Shown here in pieces: positions 10,364-17,863 of a stretch of 64,000 nt of DNA (positions are counted from its first letter, which is position 1; each line of letters opens with the position of its first letter). This DNA comes from Alphaproteobacteria bacterium (GTDB lineage: Bacteria > Pseudomonadota > Alphaproteobacteria > UBA2966). Where the stretch lies: contig CAXXKS010000001.1 of assembly GCA_963663355.2 (NCBI GenBank), positions 2,232,545 through 2,296,544 of the forward strand, read 5' to 3'. The notes beneath the pieces are model-generated. The model was not told where the DNA came from. It searched no databases and saw only the letters and a program-made list of their open reading frames with translations. Made by a program: the position numbers and the translations under genes.

Positions 10364-11068
10364 GTGTGGGACCCGGACCGCGCCGGCCGCTACCCCCTGC
10401 GCCGCCGCGAGGTCGTCGCGCACCTCCTCGCCGGCATGGACGACCTGCTGGTCGTCGCGGGGCTCGGCGCGCCGGCCTGGGACGCGGCGGCGGCGGGGGA
10501 CCGCGACCTCCTCTACCCGCTGTGGGGCGCCATGGGCGGGGCCGCCATGATCGGTCTGGGCCTCGCCCTGGCGCGGCCGGACCGCCGGGTCCTGGTCCTG
10601 ACGGGCGACGGAGACATGCTCATGGGGCTGGGCTCCCTCGCCACCGTCGCCCTGCAGGGACCGGCCAATCTCTCCATCGTCGTCCTCGACAACGAGCGTT
10701 ACGGCGAAACGGGCATGCAGGCGACGCACACGGCCGGCCCCGCCGACCTCGCCGCCGCGGCCCGCGCCTGCGGGTTCGAGCAGGCGGCGACGCTCTACGA
10801 CGCGGACGAGCTCGACCGGGCGGCGCCCGCCATCCTGGAGGGCGAAGGCCCCCTCTTCTTCGCCGTCAAGGTCCGCGCCGAGGAGCCGCCCCTCGTCCTC
10901 CCGCCGCGCGACGGCGCCCACCTCAAGGACCGCTTCCGCGCGGCCCTTCTCGGCCGGGAGGCCGGCGTCAACCCGGCGGCCCGGCCGAGAAGGGCCGCGC
11001 CCCAAGGGTCCCCGCTTGCGGGGGAGGGACAGGGTGAGGGTGACGGCCGGGCGCGCGGCGACCGGTAG
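10364..11068 (+). CDS. comE: sulfopyruvate decarboxylase beta subunit (TPP-binding half)
   Basis: GTG start directly after the comD stop. GDGDMLMGLGSLATV...VLDNERYGETG TPP motif. The last ~30 codons run into a REP element. Confidence 0.75.
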   Translation: MWDPDRAGRYPLRRREVVAHLLAGMDDLLVVAGLGAPAWDAAAAGDRDLLYPLWGAMGGAAMIGLGLALARPDRRVLVLTGDGDMLMGLGSLATVALQGPANLSIVVLDNERYGETGMQATHTAGPADLAAAARACGFEQAATLYDADELDRAAPAILEGEGPLFFAVKVRAEEPPLVLPPRDGAHLKDRFRAALLGREAGVNPAARPRRAAPQGSPLAGEGQGEGDGRARGDR

Positions 11069-11166
11069 CCGGCAGGGCGATCGCGCCATCGGGGTCCCTT
11101 CCCCCCTGGAAGGGTCGGGGTGGGGGTCGACGGCATATCCATTTTCATTCTTGACCCTCTCCCTGT

Positions 11167-11383
11167 GGATTCCTCTGCGAAACGCGGTCGGGGCGGCGCA
11201 TCGGTCTCCGACACCCTCACCCTGTCCCTCTCCCGCACGCGGGAGAGGGGACCATTGGGGCGCGGCCGGGCCACTCGGGTTCCCTCTCCCTGGAAGGGGG
11301 AGGGACAGGGTGGGGGTGGACGGCGTCTCGGCACTCCTGCCCTGTTCCCGTGGCGCGGCCGGACCGCTTTCGCAGAGGAATCC
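11167..11383 (-). repeat. 217-bp MITE-like TIR element, copy 2 (inverted relative to copy 1), inside a larger REP mosaic (about 10995-11425)
   Basis: The reverse complement differs from 5932-6148 at only a handful of positions. Flanked by direct TGT in the loop of a CCCTC(T/A)CCC-TGTGCA-GGGAGAGGG hairpin. Confidence 0.8.
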
Positions 11384-11483
11384 TGTGCAGGGAGAGGGGA
11401 CCCGGCGGCGCCGTCCGTCGCTCCGGCGGCCGGAGGAGCGTTCGCGCCGCCTCCAAGGGTTTGCGGGGCGAGGGTAACGCGCG

Positions 11484-13303
11484 CTACCGCGCGAACGTCC
11501 GGGCAACGCGGAACCCGTAGTCGTCGTTCCGTATGCTGGTCCCGAGCCAGATGCGGCTTGCCGAGCGGAGGACCTTCGGTACTTTGAACCAGGAACCGCT
11601 GCGGAGAACGCGACGGGAGCAGACGCCCGCCGTCCACGCGGTCCCGTCCGACGGCGCACCCCGGTAGAGGCGATTCCAGCAGTCCTCTACCCACTCCCAC
11701 ACGTTGCCGTGCATGTCGTGCAGTCCGAACCCGTTCGCCGCGAACGACCCCACCGGCGCCGTGCTCTCGCCGTCCCAACGGCTCCCGCAGCCGCGGCAGT
11801 TCGCCCGGTTTCGGCCGACCTCGTCCCCCCAGGAATAGCGCGTCGCCGTCCCCGCCCGCGCCGCGTACTCCCACTCCGCCTCCGACAACAGGCGGTAGGA
11901 CTCTCCCGTCTTCTCCGACAGCCAGCGCACGTACGCCTTCGCGTCGTCCCAGCTCACATTGATCGCGGGGCGGTCGTCCCGGCCCCAACCCTTGTCGTCG
12001 GGCCTGTACCCGCCGCAGCCCCCCGCCGCCGCGCACGCGTCCCACTCCGCGAACGTCACCTCGTACCTGCCCACCGCGAACGGCTCGGCGATCGTCACCC
12101 GGCGGACCGGGCCTTCGGTACTGAAGCGGCCCTCCTCGGACGCGGGCGAGCCCATGGAGAACGCGCCCGCCGATACCACCACCATCTCCGGGCAAACGTC
12201 GCAGTCCCGGAACGTCCGGCCCGGCCGCCTCCCCTCCCTGAACTCCGCCAGCGTCATGCCCTGCAACAGGGCCGCGACGGCCGGGGGCGAGTCCCTCCTC
12301 CGCGCGCCTTCCCCGTCGCCGTGCTTGAGCCGCCACGCCTCGCCCGCCGTCTTGCCCCCGGGTCCCGCGATCATGGGATCGCCCCCGCCTCCATCAGCGC
12401 CACGACGATCTCCGTGTGCCCGTGCACCGCCGCGATGAACAGCGCCGTCGCCCCGTCGGGCGCGCGCAGGTCCGGGTCCGCCCCCGCCTCCAGCAGGGGC
12501 CGCGCCAGCAGCGTGTAGCCCCTGTCCACCGCGTGCATCAGCGCCGTCCAGCCCTTCCCGTCCCGCGCGTCCGCCTCGGCGCCCGCCGCCAGCGCCGCCG
12601 TCAGCCCGTCCATGTCGCCCGCCCGCGCCATCCGGTGCAGCGCGTCCCGCGGCAGCGCCGGCGCAGGCGGCGCCGCGGCGGCAGCCGGCTCCCCGCCCGT
12701 CGCGATCCCGCGCATCGCCCGCAGCGCCTCCGGCGTCAGCGCCTCCTCCGGCGGCAGCCCCGCGTCGCGCAGGAACGCCGCGTAGGCGCTCCCCGTGCGC
12801 GCGCCCCACTGCCCGTCCGCCGGACCGGGTGCGTAGCCCAGCGCCGCCAGCAGCTCCTGAGCCTCCCGGATCGCACGCGGCGGCGGCGGACCCGGCGGCG
12901 CGGGCGACGCACCGGCCCGCGCGGCGGGCGCCGCGGCCGCGCCCGGCTTCCACGATCGCGCGGCCTTGCGCGCCTCCGCCTGCTCCTCCACCGTCATCTT
13001 CGCGGCCAGCGCGTCGCGCTCCGACGCCGCCTCGGCGTCCCCCCGCCCCGCCGCCAGATTCAGCCACTTGTGCGCCTCGATATAGTCCTGCGGGACGCCG
13101 AGGCCCGCCACGTACATCCGCCCCAGCGCCCGCATCGACCGCGCGTCACCCGCCGACGCCGCTCCCCGCCACTCCGCCAAAGCCTCCGCGTAGCGCTTCG
13201 AATCCCACGCGCGCTGCCCGTCGTAGTAGTCCGCGCGGACGGCGGAGGCGGAGACCAGCGCCGCCGCCAACGCGAGCGCGGCAACGAACGTTCCCTTCGA
13301 CAT
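11484..13303 (-). pseudogene. Sel1-repeat / peptidoglycan-binding / ankyrin / FGE(SUMF1)-domain secreted protein, copy 1, split by a 1-nt deletion (ORFs 12371..13303 and 11484..12374)
   Basis: Collinear with the intact paralogue 13390..15234. At 12380/12381 one base present in the paralogue (GGGATCAGCC versus GGGATCGCC) is missing. The N-terminal ORF stops at 12371-12373 and overlaps an ATG (12372-12374) that restarts the FGE part. Confidence 0.8.
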
Positions 13304-13389
13304 GGCGGTCCTCCCTTTACAACGGACGCCCCTGCCTTCGCCTCCTCCTCCGCGACGCGCCCGGACTCCGGAGGGAGAGAGGCCAAGAC

Positions 13390-15234
13390 TCATGGAGCAA
13401 ACGTCCGGGTAACGCGGAACCCGATGATGGCGCTCCGGAACCCGATCCCGTTCTTGCTGCGGTCGGCCGAGCGGAGGAACTCCGGTCCGTTGTCCCAGGA
13501 GCCGCTACGGCGAACGCGGCGGACACAACTGCCCGCCTTCCACGCGCTTCCGTCCGAAGGCGCGCCCGCGTAGCTGCCGTTGTAACAGTCATCCACCCAC
13601 TCCCATACGTTGCCGTGCACGTCGTGCAGACCGAACCCGTTCGCCGGAAACGAGCCAACCGGCGCCGTGCTCTCGTTGTCCCAGCGGCTCCCGCAGCCGT
13701 CGCAGTTCGCGCGGTTCCGGCCGATGCCGTCCCCCCAGGAATAGCGCGTCGCCGTCCCCGCCCGCGCCGCGTACTCCCACTCCGCCTCCGACAACAGGCG
13801 GTAAGGCTCCCCCGTCTTCTTCGACAGCCAGCCGACGTACGCCTTCGCGTCGTTCCAGCTCACGTAGATCGCGGGGCGGTCGCCCCGGCCCCAGCCCTTG
13901 TCGTCGGGCCTGTGCCTGCCGCAGCCCCCCGCCGCCGCGCACGCGTCCCACTCCGCGAACGTCACCTCGTACCTGCCCACCGCGAACGGCTCCGCGATCG
14001 TCACCCGGCGGACCGGGCCTTCATCGGCGTCGCGGCCCTCCTCGGACGCGGGCGAGCCCATCGTGAACGCGCCCGCCGGTACCACCACCATCTCCGGGCA
14101 AACGTCGCAGTCCCGGAACGTCCGGCCCGGCCGCTTCTCCTCCCTGACCTCCGCCAGCGTCATGCCCCGCAGCAGGGCCGCGACGGCCGGGGGCGGGTCC
14201 CTCCCCCGCGCGTCTTCCCCGTCGCCGTGCTTGAGCCGCCACGCCTCGCCCGCCGTCTTGCCCCCGGGTCCCGCGATCATGGGATCAGCCCCCGCCTCCA
14301 TCAGCGCCACGACGATCTCCGTGTGCCCGTGCACCGCCGCGATGAACAGCGCCGTCGCCCCGTCGGGCGCGCGCAGGTCCGGGTCCGCCCCCGCTTCCAG
14401 CAGGGGCCGCGCCAGCAGCGTGTAGCCCCTGTCCACCGCGTGCATCAGCGCCGTCCAGCCCTTCCCGTCCCGCGCGTCCGCCTCGGCGCCCGCCGCCAGC
14501 GCCGCCGTCAGCCCGTCGATGTCGCCCGCCCGCGCCATCCGGTGCAACGCGTCCCGAGGCAATGCCGGCGCAGGCGGCTCCGTCGCGGCGGCGGCCGGCT
14601 CTCCGCCCCCGCCCGCCGCGATCCCGCGCATCGCCCGCAGCGCCTCCGGCGTCAGCGCCTCCTCCGGCGGCAGCCCCGCGTCCCGCAGGAACGCCGCGTA
14701 GGCGCTCCCCGTGCGCGCGCCCCATTGCCCGTCCGCCGGGCCGGGCGCGTAGCCCAGCGCCGCCAGCAGCTCCTGAGCCTCCCGGATCGCACGCGGCGGC
14801 GGCGGACCCGGCGGCGCGGGCGACGCACCGGCCCGCGCGGCGGGCGCGGCCTCCGGCGCGGCGGCGGCGCTGTCCGGCCGCCACTCCAGGGCGCGGTCCT
14901 GCGCCGATGCGATCTGTCCCGGCGTCATCTTCGCGGCCAGCGCGTCGCGCTCCGACGCCGCCTCGGCGTCTCCCCGCGCCGCCGCCAGGTTCAGCCACTT
15001 GTGCGCCTCGACGTAGTTCTGCGGCACGCCGAGGCCCGCCACGTACATCCGCCCCAGCGCCCGCATCGACCGCGCGTCGCCCGCCGACGCCGCCACCCGC
15101 CACTCCGCCAAGGCCTCCGCGTAGCGCTTCGAATCCCACGCCCGCTGCCCGTCGTAGTAGTCCGCGCGCGCCGGCGGCGCGGAAGCCAGGACCGCCGCAA
15201 GCGCGAGGGCCAGGCAAAAGGCTCCCATCGGCAT
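13390..15234 (-). CDS. secreted Sel1-repeat / PG_binding_1 / ankyrin-repeat / FGE-sulfatase(SUMF1)-domain protein, copy 2 (intact)
   Basis: 614-aa ORF. Signal peptide MPMGAFCLALALAAVLASAPPARA. Sel1 units (SMRALGRMYVAGLGVPQNYVEAHKWLNLAA). PG-binding motif (LLAALGYAPGPADGQWGARTGSAYAAF). Ankyrin repeats (GWTALMHAV..., DGATALFIAAVHGHTEIV). FGE domain (RLLSEAEWEYAARAG, GLHDVHGNVWEWV, RSGSW). Confidence 0.85.
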   Translation of the reverse strand: MPMGAFCLALALAAVLASAPPARADYYDGQRAWDSKRYAEALAEWRVAASAGDARSMRALGRMYVAGLGVPQNYVEAHKWLNLAAARGDAEAASERDALAAKMTPGQIASAQDRALEWRPDSAAAAPEAAPAARAGASPAPPGPPPPRAIREAQELLAALGYAPGPADGQWGARTGSAYAAFLRDAGLPPEEALTPEALRAMRGIAAGGGGEPAAAATEPPAPALPRDALHRMARAGDIDGLTAALAAGAEADARDGKGWTALMHAVDRGYTLLARPLLEAGADPDLRAPDGATALFIAAVHGHTEIVVALMEAGADPMIAGPGGKTAGEAWRLKHGDGEDARGRDPPPAVAALLRGMTLAEVREEKRPGRTFRDCDVCPEMVVVPAGAFTMGSPASEEGRDADEGPVRRVTIAEPFAVGRYEVTFAEWDACAAAGGCGRHRPDDKGWGRGDRPAIYVSWNDAKAYVGWLSKKTGEPYRLLSEAEWEYAARAGTATRYSWGDGIGRNRANCDGCGSRWDNESTAPVGSFPANGFGLHDVHGNVWEWVDDCYNGSYAGAPSDGSAWKAGSCVRRVRRSGSWDNGPEFLRSADRSKNGIGFRSAIIGFRVTRTFAP

Positions 15235-15405
15235 GTCGGTCCCCCTTTCACGAAGTCACGGCGGCGCCGCCGGTCGCGGCGCGGACCGCGCACCCGGATC
15301 CGCGCGGGCCACGTATACCATGCCCCTATTCCCGTCGCGCCCGGCACCGCCGGGCCCCGACTCTCCCTGCGAGGAGGGAGACCGAGTGGCCCGGCCGCGC
15401 CCCGA

Positions 15406-15448
15406 GGGTCCCCTCTCCCGCGTGCGGGAGAGGGGCAGGGTGAGGGTG
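15406..15448. repeat. REP-type hairpin (GGGTCCCCTCTCCCGCGTGCGGGAGAGGGGCAGGGTGAGGGTG)
   Basis: Imperfect palindrome of the family recurring at about 5990-6110, 11000-11330, 15870-15925, 45470-45550, 56136-56226 and 63517-63607. Confidence 0.8.
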
Positions 15449-15520
15449 CCCGCCGGAGAGCGCGGCTGCGAACGACCCGCCGCCATGAACCAGGGGGGCG
15501 GACGCGGATGCCCGTGTCCA

Positions 15521-15558
15521 TGGAATTTCATTAACTTATTGATTCATATACTAAATAT
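15521..15558 (+). promoter_or_regulatory. conserved AT-rich motif containing an IHF-consensus match (TAACTTATTGATT, 15532-15544)
   Basis: TGGAATTTCATTAACTTATTGATTCATATACTAAATAT is conserved with the reverse complement of 41972-42010. It stands out against the GC-rich background. Confidence 0.35.
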
Positions 15559-15826
15559 TTCCTCATTCATCATGTCGGCGGCTCCCCGGGGACGTGTCTC
15601 AAGCGCCGGACGCTCTTTCTCCAGTCTGGCGCGCCATCGTAGCGGAACCGCGCGGCTTGTGCGAGGAAAAATTTCCTTATCGGGAATTTTTCCCAACTGA
15701 CTTTTCCGGTTCGGCACAAAGCCGCGCGCGTACACCTCCCCCGATGTCGTGCGAACTGTGCGAATTCAGATGCGCGGCCTTCGCCCCGCATCGTGCGGCC
15801 GTGCCCCCGGGTCCCCTCTCCCGCAA

Positions 15827-15943
15827 GGATTCCTCTGCGAAACGCGGTTGGGGCGGCGCATCGTTCTCCGACACCCTCACCCTGTCCCTCTCCCTGAGCA
15901 GGGAGAGGGACAGGGTGAGGGTCGAAAGAGGGAAAGGGAATCC
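15827..15943 (+). repeat. short (117-bp) variant of the GGATTCC-TIR MITE nested inside element A
   Basis: Starts GGATTCCTCTGCGAAACGCGG and ends ...GGGAATCC. Contains the perfect palindrome ACCCTCACCCTGTCCCTCTCCCTG-AGC-AGGGAGAGGGACAGGGTGAGGGT. Confidence 0.65.
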
Positions 15944-16107
15944 ATGCCGTCGAGCGCCGGCTCTCCCCCGGCTCCGTGCGAACTGTGCGAATTCGTCCCG
16001 GCGGGGGCGGGGTATCGAGTTGAAGGCGGCGTGGGGCGCCGTTACAGTCCACCGTCGGGATCCGGCCCGCGGCGGGCGCCGGACGGGACCACGGAACGCA
16101 CGGACTC

Positions 16108-17133
16108 ATGGACGTTCGCGACGGATTCACCGATACCATCGGCAACACCCCCCTCATCCGGCTGCGCAGGCTGTCCGAGGAGACCGGGTGCGAGATCCTC
16201 GGCAAGGCCGAGTTCCTCAATCCCGGCAGCTCGGTCAAGGACCGCGCGGCGCTGTTCATCGTCGAGGACGCCGAGAGGAAGGGCCTGTTGCGGCCGGGCG
16301 GGACGATCGTCGAGGGGACCGCGGGAAACACGGGGATCGGACTGGCCCTGGTCGGGAACGCGCGGGGCTACCGCACGGTGATCGTCATCCCGGACACGCA
16401 GACCCAGGAGAAGAAGGACATGCTGCGCATGTGCCGCGCGGACGTCCGCGAAGTCCCCGCCGTGCCCTACCGGGACCCGAACAACTACGTCAAATATTCC
16501 GGCCGGCTGGCCGAGGAGCTCGACAGGACGGAGCCCAACGGCGCGATCTGGGCGAACCAGTTCGACAACACGGCGAACCGGGACGGCCACTACCGGACCA
16601 CCGGTCCGGAAATCTGGGAGCAGACGGGCGGCAGGGTCGACGGGTTCGTCTGCGCCGTCGGCACCGGCGGCACCCTCGCGGGCGTCAGCGCGTTCCTCCG
16701 GGAACGGAATCCGAACCTCAAGGTGGGCCTCGCCGACCCGCCCGGCGCCGCGCTCCACAACTACTACGCCCACGGCGAACTGAAGGCGGAAGGCTCGTCG
16801 ATCACCGAGGGCATCGGCCAGGGGCGCATCACCGCGAACATCGCGGAGCTCGAGGTGGACTTCCCCTACCGCATCCCGGACGAGGAATGGCTCCCCTACC
16901 TCTACGGCCTGGTGGAGGACGAGGGGCTCGTGCTCGGCAGCTCCTCGGGGATCAACGCCTGCGGCGCGGTCAGGCTGGCCCGGGAGCTCGGCCCGGGGCA
17001 CACGGTCGTGACGGTGCTGTGCGACTACGGCGCCCGCTATCAGAGCAAGCTGTTCAACGCCGAATTCCTCAGGGAAAAGGGTTTCGACTTTCCCGACTGG
17101 GTCGAACGGATCGGCGGCGGACCCCAGGGATGA
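16108..17133 (+). CDS. PLP-dependent cysteine synthase family protein (CysK/CBS-like)
   Basis: Motifs IGNTPLIRL, NPGSSVKDR (PLP lysine), GTAGNTG and GTGGT. Confidence 0.85.
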   Translation: MDVRDGFTDTIGNTPLIRLRRLSEETGCEILGKAEFLNPGSSVKDRAALFIVEDAERKGLLRPGGTIVEGTAGNTGIGLALVGNARGYRTVIVIPDTQTQEKKDMLRMCRADVREVPAVPYRDPNNYVKYSGRLAEELDRTEPNGAIWANQFDNTANRDGHYRTTGPEIWEQTGGRVDGFVCAVGTGGTLAGVSAFLRERNPNLKVGLADPPGAALHNYYAHGELKAEGSSITEGIGQGRITANIAELEVDFPYRIPDEEWLPYLYGLVEDEGLVLGSSSGINACGAVRLARELGPGHTVVTVLCDYGARYQSKLFNAEFLREKGFDFPDWVERIGGGPQG

Positions 17134-17155
17134 ACGCAACGCCGGCGGACGTGAC

Positions 17156-17863
17156 GTGACGGAAGCGATATTTCGCGAAGACGCCTACGCCCGGACCTGC
17201 GCGGCCGCCGTCGTTTCGGTGGACGCGCGGGGCATCCGGCTGGACCGGACCGTGTTCTATCCCGCGGGCGGCGGACAGCCGGGAGACCGCGGCACCCTCA
17301 CGACGGACGACGGAACCGCGGTTCCCGTCGCCGACACGGTCAAGGGCGACGGACCCGACGGCGTCCTGCACGTGCCGGCGGAGGACGCGCCGCCGGTCCC
17401 GGCCGGCGCGCGGGTCACGGCCGCGATCGACTGGGAGCGGCGCCACCGCCTGATGCGCATGCACACCTGCATGCACCTGCTCTCCGCCGTTCTCCCCTAC
17501 CCCGTCACGGGCGGCCAGGTGGGCGACGGGAAGGGCCGGCTCGACTTCGACGTCCCGGAGGCCGCCCTCGACAAGGAGCGTATCGCGGCGGAACTCAACC
17601 GCCTCATCGAGGGGGACCATCCCGTCGGTTCGGAATGGATCTCCGACGAGGCGCTCGACGCCCGGCCCGACCTGGTCAAGACGATGGCGGTCAAGCCGCC
17701 GCGCGGGTCGGGCCGCGTGCGCCTCGTCCGCATCGAAGGCCAGGACCTGCAGCCCTGCGGCGGAACCCACGTCCGGCGCACCGGCGAGATCGGCCGCGTC
17801 CGGGTCGACAAGATCCAGAGCAAGGGGAAGCGGAACCGGCGCGTCTCGCTCTCCTTCGCCTGA
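17156..17863 (+). CDS. alaX: alanyl-tRNA editing protein AlaX-type (Thr/Ala-tRNA synthetase second additional domain)
   Basis: GTG start. Zn motifs HRLMRMHTCMHLL and CGGTHV. Confidence 0.8.
   Translation: MTEAIFREDAYARTCAAAVVSVDARGIRLDRTVFYPAGGGQPGDRGTLTTDDGTAVPVADTVKGDGPDGVLHVPAEDAPPVPAGARVTAAIDWERRHRLMRMHTCMHLLSAVLPYPVTGGQVGDGKGRLDFDVPEAALDKERIAAELNRLIEGDHPVGSEWISDEALDARPDLVKTMAVKPPRGSGRVRLVRIEGQDLQPCGGTHVRRTGEIGRVRVDKIQSKGKRNRRVSLSFA

Larger units (their letters stand above)
15469..15994 (+). repeat. composite intergenic element A: conserved 5' module, AT-rich module, two GTGCGAACTGTGCGAATTC boxes (15749-15767, 15976-15994)
   Basis: Shares ordered modules with 41786-42010 (inverted) and 50889-51260. 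Co-oriented with, and ending 113 nt upstream of, the cysteine-synthase gene. Confidence 0.7.

Noticed and set aside
9829-11068. ComDE as phosphonopyruvate decarboxylase working with the PEP-mutase-family gene at 42725
   Set aside because: The genes are 32 kb apart. The split alpha/beta architecture is typical of sulfopyruvate decarboxylase, and the neighbours are sulfur-related. It cannot be excluded without phylogeny.
11484-15234. The FGE-domain proteins as the maturase of the Cys-type sulfatase at 21184..22527
   Set aside because: The segment corresponding to the catalytic Cys pair of true FGEs contains no cysteine in either paralogue. The link therefore rests only on loose proximity (6 kb, with other genes between).
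15700-15725. Sigma-54 promoter (cGGCACaaagccGCg) downstream of the IHF-like site
   Set aside because: The GG-to-GC spacing is one base short of the -24/-12 consensus, and the -12 region lacks TTGC.
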